This document shows positions 22,450-40,531 of a DNA stretch of 64,000 bases, piece by piece. Within the stretch, counting starts at the first letter, position 1, and each line of letters begins with the position of its first letter. The position numbers and the translations under genes were made by a program. Location of the stretch: contig CM022666.1 of the NCBI GenBank assembly GCA_012295275.1, positions 12,896,001 through 12,960,000 of the forward strand, written 5' to 3'. This DNA comes from Chrysomallon squamiferum (Eukaryota > Animalia > Mollusca). The notes under the pieces were generated by a model. The model was not told the origin of the DNA. It saw nothing but the letters and a program-made list of their open reading frames with translations, and made no database searches.

Positions 22450-22985
22450 TGGCACATACTTACTTTATGTATGTGTAGACATTTATGGTGGTTTGTATGT
22501 AAGTATGTGTTCATTCACGTTTTGAGAACGCACACGATACGTTCACATCTTACATTCTTAACTGCTTTGCCTAACAAGTTACTTAATATATTATTTATAT
22601 TTCAGGGGGGAAATAAATAAATAAGTAAATAAATAAATGTTATTTTTAGTACAGAATAGCATTCTTAATGCTTAAGTCTTATTCATAGCTTTGTAAATAC
22701 TTACGAAGACTTCTGTTATTTATATCCCAGTTGTAACCGTAAATGATAACAACTGGGGGATTTCCACAATAGAAGGAACCCCAGCCCCTGGATGATACCC
22801 TAATTTCAAATTATAAACATTCTTTCCGAAAATACAGACAGACATATATACACATATTTAATACGTTATTTTATTTTAATACTGATAATTTATAGATTTG
22901 TTTGTTTTAACAATTTACTGCCTTGTGTTGTTGCAAACTGTTCTCTTTTATACTAAAGTAAGATAAATAATATTTCAAGATAAGC
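22450..22985. repeat. Diverged outlying copy of sequence from the palindrome arm and spacer
   Basis: 22475-22745 resembles 1340-1660 (+); 22780-22980 resembles the reverse complement of 6220-6415. Confidence 0.75.
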
Positions 22986-24706
22986 CAGTCTGAAAATCGT
23001 TTTGTATAAAACTTTTGTCTGTAGGATTACTTTCATCCACTACATTATGAACTTATAGTATGATTTTTTTATATTAAATAATTTTGTCACTAAAGAAAAA
23101 TGGCAGCTTGCGGTTTTTTTTTTTTTTTTTTTTTTTAAAAGGTCTCTTCTTTTTAAAATTTGGCGGCAAAAAAACAAATAAAACATCGAAGTATGATTTG
23201 ACTATTACTTAATATCACACTAAATATTTTTTAATATAACAACATTATTGCTAAAACCAGTGACATATTTGAAATGTTTAAATAATTTTACCACTGATGT
23301 TGTTGTACTCGAGATATTTTTAGTGTGAATGTTTGTGTGTAGTTTTTGACTAGTTATATATTTCGACTGAATGTTTAACAAGAATTCAAAATAATAATAA
23401 AAAAGAAATACATTGTTTCCATTTGTTTACTTACTTGCAAAAACCAGTAATAATAAACAAATAAATATAGATAGATAGATATAATTATATATATATGTAT
23501 ATTTTTATATTTAAAAATGTTCAAACATTCAAAAATACTGTTATAAGCTGTATATTTTTGAAAAGCAAAAGTGAGATTGGAAATAAATGCACAAACAGTT
23601 ATTTTAGGCATATCATTCTGAAAAAGATAATACAATACATTGAACATTGTTAATTGCCAAGCAGTACATAAATCAAAATCAAACTAACATCAACTGGATT
23701 CCAAAATATTCTGAACATGTGTTATATATACAAATACATATATATATATATATATATATAATGGAACAGTTAATTTTTTTATTTTTTTTTTTAAAGAAAG
23801 AAAGAAAGAAAAGAAAGCAGTATTTGGACAAAATTATTTGTATGAAATGTAAATATTTTATATATGTAATAACTATTTGGAGACAGAAAATGCAAAATTA
23901 TGCAAAGTTTTTATTTTTGCCATTTTGTAGTCTTGTATATTTTTTACCATAATATACACTTTGTAGTTATATGACAAATATTTACTACTTGGAATGTGCA
24001 GAACATACTTATTGAAAATTTGGTGACTTCTATATTTAACACATTAATTTACTTTTATAGTTTGTTATATTAGCATGTATTAGTTGTAGTATATTTTATA
24101 TTGTATACACTGTTCAATGATGTAATCACCTCGTATAGTACAATTTCTAAGACTACAAGACAAAATTATTATTTGTTGTCTATCAAATAAGGCATTAATA
24201 ATTAATACTTGTTATGTTCCTCATATCATTTATTTCTTTAATTGTTATAGAAATTAACTGCATATGTAGATATTTAAATGACCAATGAACTGGATAAGTG
24301 CATATTAATCACAAAGACCTAAAACTGATTTAATAAAACAAAGAATTCTATTATTGTTTCTGTTGTTGTTGTTGTTATTATTAATTTTTGTATTATTTAC
24401 TTTGCAGTGTACAATAAAAACTTTACAAAATAAAAATGTGGGCTGGATAAAACTTGTATATGAAAAATAAATAATTATATTATTAACAGGTAATATTACT
24501 GATAAAAAAAATAAATAATAAAACAAATTATCTTGAGATAAGAGGAGACCATGCATATTTCGATGTGTTTAGTTCATGGATTATTATTCTTTATCACTAG
24601 CAAGAACATTTTATAGATAAAACTATATTCTAGTAAGCTCGTAAGTGTTATTATGTGATAAACCACTGAGAAGAAATGTAGCATTTGCATTTAAACAACA
24701 ACAGTA

Positions 24707-24744
<38 letters not shown>

Positions 24745-25554
24745 AAAAGCAAGCTAACCATTGGTTAAAAAAAAATACATTCTCAGTATAATATTTAAAC
24801 AAAACAAAAATACCTAAAACCTTTATCATTTTATTATAGAATTTATCTCTTTCAATATAATAACAAATATGTACATGTAATTTCTTCAATACAAAATGTT
24901 TTTAATTCTGGTGACAACCACTGAAACAAGTTAAACTGGCATGGAAAATACTCCATACATTCCTTTTTCACATCACTTTTTATTTTACTGGGTTTTTTTC
25001 CCCCACTAGATTGTTTACAGCAACTTGTTAACGTGTAAAACTTCTTTATTTACATCAGCAATCAAAATAAATTATCAGTGTTGTTGTATATATTATAAAT
25101 GTCAGAATGGATGTGAAATATCCTGTCTCTAATTTTTTAATGTAATTTGATGAAGCTGAAATACCTGCCCTTTCAAAGTGTAAATATGATGACTCAAGCT
25201 AATTATCAATTTATACAGTGATCTTTTAAATTTATTTTTTTCTCTTAATTATTTATCTTTAAAAAAAAAAATTTAATATGAAAAGTGCTAAATTGTAAAA
25301 ACAACAAAATATATAAACAGATATGTTTTTATCATTTTCAACATCCCTGTAATTTTTATTATACTATTTTTGAAACATTAAATGATAAAACACTGCATTA
25401 ATTTTATAAAAGTATATATAATATTTTCATTATTTTTCTTCTACGTTGTATTTTGTTTTGAACACTGTTTCTCTCAATAAGACATCAGTTTTGAAACATG
25501 ACAATATATATACACTGGTAAGTAGCCATAAACCACAGTAAACAAATGTCTTTT

Positions 25555-30146
<4,592 letters not shown>

Positions 30147-30693
30147 GTTTCAAATCAAAGGTCTTATATCTGAAAAACACGAATTGAACATTTAATTAAT
30201 ATTTCAAACAAGTTATTTTAAACACAAAAATCCATTAAAGAAAATATGTAATTAACATTTTATTTGGATACTGGGTTCTTTTAACTGTTTTATAAAAAAT
30301 TGTTAGAAATGTTAATGATGTTTAAATTACAATTAGTATTTAGAAAGATAATCTAACAAGATGTAAATTATTATTTTTACTTTTATTTATGATTACCATA
30401 ATAAAAAGCTCAGTACCCTGGAATTCTTTTATTAGATTTTGACTGAACAATTTGATAACGAATAACAATCATAAACAAACAAAATGTGACAAATCCTGAA
30501 AAGTGAAATTGAGGTTGAAGGTTTACAATTCGATTGTAACAATCATTTCGATGAAAAACATTTTGACTTTTTAAAATAAAAATGTTATCGCTAAGTTTTC
30601 AGTGTTAACAACAAAACATTATCGACATTCAATTATTACAGACGTTATTCATATAAGTTTACAATTACGGCTATAAATTTTCGCACAACTTAC

Positions 30694-30760
30694 GTTGTAA
30701 ACAAGAACCCGTAGCATATACCAATATCTGATAAATATTCCGCATCGGACATATTTCAAT
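30694..30760 (-). other. NKAP: Probable non-coding first exon of NKAP
   Basis: CAAC|GTAAGT donor at 30693 in a CpG-enriched patch; matching acceptor tttttcAG at ~30170, just upstream of the ATG. The TSS position is a guess. Confidence 0.6.
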
Positions 30761-31410
30761 GGTAAAAAGGAGCGATAGAATACCAGTCGACAATAAAGTC
30801 TCACGGCATAGAAATAAAATTTACATTATCGTTAAATTAAAAAGGTTAAAAAGCATTTCACTGACACGAAACGTAACATACTTTACATAATTGTCATTAA
30901 ATCAATACATGAACACTCAGCAGTACTAGTACAGTAAATAGTATACGCCAATGCGTTGTTTATAATAAACTGGAACTCAGTGTAAATTTAAAATATTCTC
31001 TTAGACTTAGTAATTATTTTTTTTTTTTTTTTTTTTTTTTTTTTAGGATGGAGAGGAAGAACAAATGTCCAAATAGTAAAAAAAAATTGTAATTTTAAAA
31101 AAGAAAAAAAAAGAAAGATTGAATGACAAAAAAAAAAAAAAATATATATAAATATATATATATATATATAAATATATAAATTTAAAAAAAATAAATATAA
31201 ATAAATAAATAAATAAATTTATTTAATAATAATAATAATAAAATGTTTTTAATGTTTGGTGTATATATATATATATATAACCATAAAGCTGTACAGAAAT
31301 ACTATATATTTTCTTTTTTTTAAATCCTAGGCAATATTGACATTTCATGCACATTAGCAAGATCTCCCTTACGAAGATCGTTTCGAAGCGAAGTTTATTT
31401 ATGCATTTGC

Positions 31411-31462
<52 letters not shown>

Positions 31463-31466
31463 TTAT

Positions 31467-31499
<33 letters not shown>

Positions 31500-31907
31500 T
31501 AATTTTTAAATTTCATTTTTTTATTTTATTTTATTTTTTGATTAAACAATTATATTTTTTCCAGAACTGCAGGACTGGAAACCCCAGAGTATGTGTTCAG
31601 CCCTTCACTAGCTGTATATATCATAATATAAATACATATATATCTTCTGTAAAGAAAAAATAAAGTAAGATCTAAAGAACTGTTTTAGTATCCACCAATG
31701 TTTCTATGTTATTCACAGTAAGCACAGGTAAATGTTGACCGTCTCTGTTCTAGAGTACGAACAATGAAAATGCCAAGAATCAGCTAGTGTGATCCAACCT
31801 TTAAAAAATAAAAAATGAGATCAGATCATAAAATCATAAATGACACGATCTATCCTGTCTAAACCAAGTCAGTCACATCGCGGTACTCATGAAGAACTTT
31901 GTGTATG

Positions 31908-31948
<41 letters not shown>

Positions 31949-33400
31949 CTTCAAAAAACGACTATAGTCTGTGGGTTAGACTATCTTGGTTCTTAGCTCC
32001 TCGGATTAACAAGATATCTGTAGCGAGGTTTACTATTCATTTACTTGTTACAAAATAAATGAAATCGATTTCCAGTCATTGCGTACCATTCGTCTTATGA
32101 TGTACATTTAAAGAAAAACACTCAAATATACGTAGACTAACATACAGAAAGCATAAATGTATTGAAACATAGTGTAAATATAACAAACACGCAGGTAATT
32201 TAGAAGTGGAATGTTGACAAGCATACAGTAAAAATATATGGTCAATGAACAAACAAAATAAATTTATTCAAGCACTTTTATTTATGTTTCAGATATACCT
32301 TTTGATAGAGATAACACTTTTACAAAAATACATTATTATATGATAAAAACAGTACTAATCTGATTGATGAATACCTAAACACCTCGGTTTAACGAGGTAA
32401 TTGGTTCCAAATGTCCGATCGTTAAGTGAGGTATCGTTTTAGGGTCTAATTTACATAGAACAAAGATTAAAAACAGTGGTTACGTTCTAACATTGAGATT
32501 TGACATTAAAAAAAAAGAGAGAATTAAATAAGGAGAAATAAAATGATAATTTAGATATAAATGATTTAATAGATCATAGATAATAAACAAACAGTAAATC
32601 GTTTACAAATCCTTTTATACAAATATATTAAGAAACAGTTATATGCCGTTCACTGTGGGTTCATTTTAGTGAATTTTGTGTTCATTTAAGATATCGTATT
32701 TTGTTTCTAAAGTTATTGTCTCGCGTTTCTTTTCATCATAAGCATTCGCCGGAGTACTATCTATTCCTTTTGACATACTGGAAGGGTAAATCACAAAAGC
32801 GTTAAGGCTAAATGGAAGCAGAACAGAAGAGAAAATCTGAACATCAATGCACGTACGACATCTGCATGTCAACTTATCAACACAGCCGAGGAAAGCTCGT
32901 GACTGAAGGAAAAACGAACAAAAAGCGAATGGACTTAAACACATGCATTGTACCCATTTGTACCATGTATTTCGAGCTGTTAACTATTAAATTTCTATCT
33001 ATATTATTTGTAAAAAAATATTAAAAAAAGAAAGATCGTTAAAGCGACGTATTACTGTAGCTCTAATCTGGATTTTTAGTTAATGCACATTTCAGACCTT
33101 TTGACATAGACGATTTACAAGAATACATACAGACGCATAACGTGCACAGAAACACACTGCCACAACTTAATACAAACACTTACTTCAATACCCTTATCTT
33201 TGTAATTAAAAAAAAAAAAAATAAAAATATATATTTCAAGTAGTCTGAGTCTGAAATAAAGGAATGTGCACAAGTTTTGGTTCATTATAACGTACATACC
33301 AGCAGTATTTTTAAAATAACTTAAAAAAGAAAAAATATGTTTGTTTTTTTTCTTTTTCAAAATGTAGAGTGCTTTATGCTACAAATGTTATATCAGAGAG

Positions 33401-33795
33401 TTAAAGAGACTGTACAAGATCCCGAATAAATACAATCCAGCTATGATAAAGGACTGGCAAGATGAACAACCCATAGATGTTCATAAGTTCTGTCACTGGA
33501 ACCTTTCTGACTGCTTTCGCTGCACCAGACCACCAGTGTGGGCCTTGGAGACGCCATTGGTAAGCACCACATGATCCAAAAATAAGTCTAAATGTATAAA
33601 TAATAAGTATTAACATTAAGTTGGCACTCAAACATACAGACAGACATACAAACAGAAAGAAAGAAAACAGAAGAAAAAAGAAGAAACAAGAAAAATAAGA
33701 AACAAGAAAAATAAGAAGCAAGAAAAACAATAAACAAAGAATATAAGAAGGCACAAGAAAAGAAGGAACAGCAAAAAAAGAGGAAAGGAAAATAT

Positions 33796-33849
<54 letters not shown>

Positions 33850-36139
33850 TTAAGTGTCATACTCCATTATTATTATTATTGTGATTATTATTAATAGAAA
33901 AAATCCTAGTCGATATTTCATATATATATAAATAAAAATATGACTTGCATTCGAACGCTATTTTTTACTCGATTTAAAAAGAACAGATTAAATGAATATG
34001 TAGCCCCCAAAATGTACATCCGGCTGTCTTCAGTTTACCTCCAAGCCAAAAATGGATGCTTGAAAAGTTGCGGTTTTGCACCAATGAACGATGCGATTTC
34101 ATCGTTATAGACTATTGGATCTCTCTGTATCATGTGACGTGGTGATTCGTACCAGCGATCTGACCGCAGTTTCTATCAAATTATTTTAATAATATTAAGA
34201 ATAATATGAATAATAAGATATTAAATGAATTAATAATTCTTAATGGATACATAGTCATTTTCAAAAAAAAAAAATAAAAAAGGAAAAGAATGGAAAAACG
34301 AAAAAAAAATTACTCTATAGTAGAATGTATTTACTTACGTCAGACAGTGTGCTAGAATACTCTAGTCAGTATGATTTACGTGAGTTTTTAGTAGTTTGTA
34401 GTACACTCACTGCTTATAGGTGAGATTCAAGTTACGAACAAGAAAAGAGTAAAATTACATCATTGTTTTTTAATATGTCATATAAAATATATTACCCGAT
34501 CTCTTCTGATATCTTGTTCCATGTCAAACTTTGTGGGTAATTTTACTTTTCCTTTACACACCTGAGAGAACCAGCGAGACTGAATTTCGGACATGGTCAG
34601 TATTCCGCCAGATGACGCCTGGACAAAACCGATAAATCCGAGAGTGTGACCAATGAGAGGACTAAACACATTTTATACAACTGAAAGAGGAAAAAACAAA
34701 ACATCCCATATATTTTAAATAAACGTTTGTTCGGAAGAAGAATAACAATAAAAAAAAAAAAAAAATTTTATCAGAATTTAAGCATATTCAGTAAATGTTT
34801 AATTTACGGTTATAAATCTGTGTTCCTGTTTCCATATTCATGTTTGCTTTAAAATACGAAAAATAATTACAACAAATAAAACGTTCTTGGAAATCGATTT
34901 AATTTTTTAAAATATAAAATGTCATTGTCTGGCTAGACAGTCTATATGATGATGATGATGATGATGATGATGATAATAATAGTAATAATAAATTAAATAA
35001 TTAATTGATTGTATCTCCATAATCACCGATGTTTCTCAAATTCGTTAAAGTCCAGACTGATCAATGAGAACGATTCTTACGTGAAGAGAGTTGTTATTTT
35101 CGTCCAAGATCTGTTCACGTAGTTCAGAAGAAAGGTACGGTAGACTGGTTCTGTAACCGGTGCAGCACACAATACGATCAAACTTTTCTGATGTTCCGTT
35201 TACAAAATACACAGTGTCACCTTCTATTTTCTGCAACAAAAATATTTAAAATACTTGTTTTTCTGATGGAAATAAGTTTTATTCAGCGCCACATTTAATT
35301 TCCCGTTATATGGTATTATAAGTATGGTTGAAGACCTTTAATGTACATTTCCTGTTCTAGACAATGTTAACGATTAGTATATTAAAATTATTTTTAAACA
35401 GTCATACTGAAAATATTATATATTAGCAAAAAAAAAAAAGCAGTTAAACAATTTTTAAGAAAATCTCCAAAACATGTTGTTTGAATACTGAACTTTCCCA
35501 AAAATGCCATGTTATGTTTTATCTTAATAACATAAATTACAAAACATAAATAATATATCCTAAACGATTAATTCTTATTATTTTAAAGAATTTTTACCAG
35601 GATGTTGTTAACGATTCTGATGTTTTTGCGCTGAATATGATGTATCAAAGTAGGACTAACGGTAGGATGTGCTTGTAAGGCTCGCATCTTCGGATTCAAA
35701 CCCCATCTAATAATAATAATAATAATAATATTGATGGTGCTGGATAAAGTGATGATGATGATGATGATGATGACGATGTGTTGATGTGATTATGATGATG
35801 ATGATAAGACTGATAAACGAATTTACAAGAAGCTGAATAATACCGTTTGGGATTTCCATGAATCAGTTTGAGTATTGCTTCGAAAATGACGTTGGCCCAT
35901 CGCCAAGGCAACCAGAAAAATGCGCGACAAACGTAAACATCTATGGGATGACCAAAAACGTAGTTAGGAACAATCCACGCACCTGATCTTGTACTTATAC
36001 AAACCGATTTACATCTGCAAAAACAAATACATTTTATTTCACACGTGTATCTTACATTTTAATGAATATTGGCAACCAAATGTACTTTGGAAACGAAACA
36101 AATTAACAAAACAAAACAAAACGAAGCAAAACATAAATT

Positions 36140-36199
<60 letters not shown>

Positions 36200-37190
36200 A
36201 ATAAATAAATAAATAAATTAAATAAATTAAAATAAAATTATTAAAATGGTGAACAAAAAGGTGGAAAATAGGATGCAGAAAAATAATATACGTAACTGAT
36301 GCTAAGAAATTATTAAGTATAAATAAGCAAGTTAAAATTTTCGTTTTTATATATTATTTCATTTTCTAAAATTATTTGTTCAGTGATTACCTGCCTACAC
36401 TAGCACAATCCACAGCTACATCAACTCCGCTGTTTCCTATTCCAACCACTAAAACTCGTTTGCCAACAAAGCCACTGCTTATAGCATCCTTATAATCAAC
36501 TGAATGGATTATCTCCCCTAGTGAAATGAAATGAAAATAAATAAATAAATAAATAAATAAATAAACTAATTATAAAATATATATATATATAATAATTATC
36601 AAAGGTGGCAGAAAAGATTGCTCTAAAAATTTGTTTGTATACTTCAAAGTTATTATTAAATAAAAAATTTATTATTAAATAAAAATGTTATGTTTTGTGA
36701 GCGATCTGTCATGGTTGATAACAATGTATGACAGTAAACATTTGAACCATAACTTATCACTCCTTAACGGGTCGCACCAATTTTTTCTGAAGTGTCTTTT
36801 TGTTTTGACGAAGAATTAGAGATATCAGCGTCCCTAATATACATTCACTGCTTTGTCTCATTGCTTAGTACGCCCATTAGACCTGTTCCCGTTCCAACAG
36901 ATCCTGTTACCCAAAGGCATTTGTATGTATTTTTCTACCAACGGAAAGATGTATATAAATCACGCTGAGGTGTAAAATGGTTGCAAGACCTGTAAAAGTT
37001 TCTTGTCCTTGTAAATGTATGCGGTGCGGCTCGGCGTGATGTCCAGACGCGACTGCAAGAAAGTTTCCAATAAATATTTCTCTTTCTTTCTTTTCTTTCT
37101 TTCCGTCGTCGTCTGTCTCGCAAACAGTAACATGCCATTCCTCGTCTGAAATTAAACAACAGCAATAGCAGGTATGTTTATTACTATTAC

Positions 37191-37272
<82 letters not shown>

Positions 37273-37353
37273 GCTACTGTTATTGTTGTTACTGTTGTTG
37301 TTGTTGTTGTTATTATTATCATTATTATTAGTAAGTTGTTGTTGTTGATATAG

Positions 37354-37399
<46 letters not shown>

Positions 37400-37441
37400 T
37401 GCTATTGTAATGTTGTTATTGCTGATGTTGTGTTGTTGATA

Positions 37442-37481
<40 letters not shown>

Positions 37482-37993
37482 GTTGTTGTTGTTGTTGTTG
37501 TTTTTACAATTGTTGTTGCTATTAGCAAATAATATTTTCTATATTCGTACAAAACAAAGAGCCATACTTCAGCTCACTCTTTTTTTCAACGTTGACGACT
37601 TTAACCTGAAACCGAATCAGTTCGTTCAGTTTGAAATGGGTGGTGTAGTCGACGATGTACCTAGCAATGTCAGTGTGGTGAGGAAAGTCGCAGACGTCAT
37701 CGGGGAAGGGAAAGTCGGAAAAGCAGTAATTGTACTTGGAAACATTTCTGAACAAAACGATTTGAAAACAACGAAGTGATTTCTTAGTTTTGTTATAAGA
37801 AATTTTTGAAAATAATGCAGCTGTTCTATGTAAAACAAAAGACAGACTGATATATCTTCGTTTATCTACGAAGAAAAAAAGAAAAGCAAAAACTGCGTGT
37901 TTTCTTCTTTCTTCTTCTTCTTCTTCTTATTATTATTATTATTATTATTTATTAAAAAAAATGAAACAGACAGACAGAGAGAAAGTTAGGGTG

Positions 37994-38090
<97 letters not shown>

Positions 38091-38229
38091 AGTAGCCAAA
38101 AATCTTTAAAAGGAAAAGATATACATGAACCTTATGTATGCCATTAACAGAGCTTAGGCACAGCTATAAGGATTGATCTTGCTACATATCATTCCATCTG
38201 ATTTGATAACTACTGTTAAGACAGAGATC

Positions 38230-38302
<73 letters not shown>

Positions 38303-38560
38303 AAACAATATATAAATAAATAAATAAAATGAATATATGATGTACATAAAAACGTACATGTGGGTAAACCGCATCACTCCGTAATCATTTTCTCGAAAAG
38401 TCCACACCCCTCCAACCTCGCCGGTTCTTTCCAGTACCGCTACTGAAAATCCATCTTCTCTGAGACATTTAGCAGCCACGAGCCCGGAAACTCCGGCTCC
38501 TATTACAATGGCATCTCTTCTGGTTATTTTAGAGGTTTCGTTTCTTCCAGGCAAATCCAT
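33401..38560 (-). CDS. Flavin-containing monooxygenase (FMO / dimethylaniline monooxygenase family), 10 exons, apparent 1-nt frameshift in exon 8
   Basis: Exons 38560-38358, 37747-37578, 37145-36990, 36517-36391, 36014-35844, 35706-35598, 35230-35081, 34680-34496, 34172-34039, 33587-33401. FAD motif VIGAGVSG, GGVW, FSDFPFP, FMO motif FTGEIIHSVDYK, NADPH motif VVGIGNSG, CCTGY, YQWRLQGP. Confidence 0.95.
37180..37520. repeat. Compound (TTA)n/(TTG)n microsatellite in FMO intron 2
   Basis: Directly visible. Confidence 0.95.
37999..38088. repeat. (GA)n microsatellite
   Basis: Directly visible. Confidence 0.98.
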
Positions 38561-39161
38561 AGCTTATAATTCATTGTTAAAATTTGAGAATTAAATAATA
38601 CACAGTACCAGATTAAAATTAATTTGTCACTGTATGTGATTACAGTTCTTTTTAGTTTTGTTATTACAAAGTACTGGTATAGAAACTATTATCATTACAT
38701 CGGAATTACGTAGACTCGGAAAACCTCGGACGATTCCGATTTACTTAGAATATAATTAGGGAAATTGAAAGTATGAACAGAAATGGGAAGAATATAAATA
38801 ACTAGTAATAATGTTCTCTCAGTTTAACCAACAGCTAGCTCATTTTGTTAATTTAGTTAGAAGATACCATCTCAATGACTAATTTAAGTCCATTTACATA
38901 TGTGAAAAAAATGTTAAGTGTTTGAATTTAATTATAAACCAAACCTTTATCAGTTTCGAAATGATTATCCACAGTCAGTTCTTCAAATAATGCACCAATA
39001 ATTTCTACACAACCAATGTGTATAAACTGTTAGAAGAAAGTTTTAAAATTTGGTTTTAAAATAAATAATATCAAATAACGTAACATTCTAGCATCTGGAA
39101 TACTATTTACTGATTTAATTAATTTAACTGATTCTAACGTAAATGAAACTGTTCACACGCA

Positions 39162-39204
<43 letters not shown>

Positions 39205-39397
39205 CACATTATGTTGTATCTAATTAAAGAACAGTGCCAATTTTGCTCACATATTAACTGACCACATTAAAGCTGCTCTACATCAACGCGATACACATTA
39301 ACCAAATATTTTCTCCAAGGTAAGAAAAAGTTTGACAGCCTCTGATTTATTATTTATTTATTTATTTATTATTATTAGTAGTAGTTGTAGTAGTAAC

Positions 39398-39456
<59 letters not shown>

Positions 39457-40531
39457 TATTTGTAATGAAATCCAAATGAAGACAAAAATGGTTTAATTGG
39501 AGAAGAGATTATGTTGAAGAACCTTACACATTTGTTCGAAACGGCATATGATTCATATTTTGTTCCCATCACCAGCAGACTTCAACTATACAGCAGACTT
39601 CAACCTTGTAACAGAAACGTATAGTTTAAGGAGGAGCTCTGCTCTGAAAGAGGAAATTAATGGACAACGAAATAGTCCAACTGGGTTGATTAGAAAAAAG
39701 TTTTACGATAGGGATTGTAGGTATAATTATCACTTGATGTTAGTTGTTGAATTCCAAATATTTAACCCGGTTCTAATTATTTATTATTTTAATAGGATGT
39801 TATTTCTATTTAAAATGGGTCGGGGCAAGTAATTAGGATCAGTTTTGATCTGTTATCGTGATATTCGTGTTACCGTGAATTATCATCTTCATCATCATCA
39901 CGTAACTGAAGCGAAAGTGGTAAATATTAAATACACAAACGTTCAAAATGCTTAAGACAATAATAAGCTAAAAATATATACTGTTAAAACATATTATATT
40001 ACTTTTTTAACATGCATATTTGTATTGTCAAACTGTATAAATTTTAGTTAAGTATTACTTTTAATGTTTAAGTATGTATGTTTAAAAAATTTAATTTATT
40101 TGATATCTTAATATTAATTAAGACAGCACTGGATGTTAAATATAAATTAGCATTGTTTGAAAATGAAAAAAGAGAGGATTGTTATTTATTTTCTCGTCTT
40201 AATAACATTAAGAATAACTCCAATTAAAATATTACTTTGTAAAGAGAATTGTTATTAATAATTTGCTTTATGTATAAATATCATTGATTGTGTAAGCCAA
40301 GATCCATTATTGTTTTCAAGACAGTAACATTTCTGATAATCCCAAAAGTTGGAATTTAACAGTTTATATATATATATATTCTTTTTCATATATATTTTAT
40401 AAAATATAACTGATTTTATTTTGTTAATATCCCCTCCCTTTTTTTCCACATCTCGAGAATGTTATGCATATTTCATTAATAAAACTATATATCTACTAAA
40501 TTAAACTTTTATTTTCAGGAACTAACTGAAA

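Noticed and set aside
31560-33360. Short ORFs and splice-like signals between NKAP and FMO
   Set aside because: No consistent exon chain or homology; probably FMO 3' UTR or intergenic.
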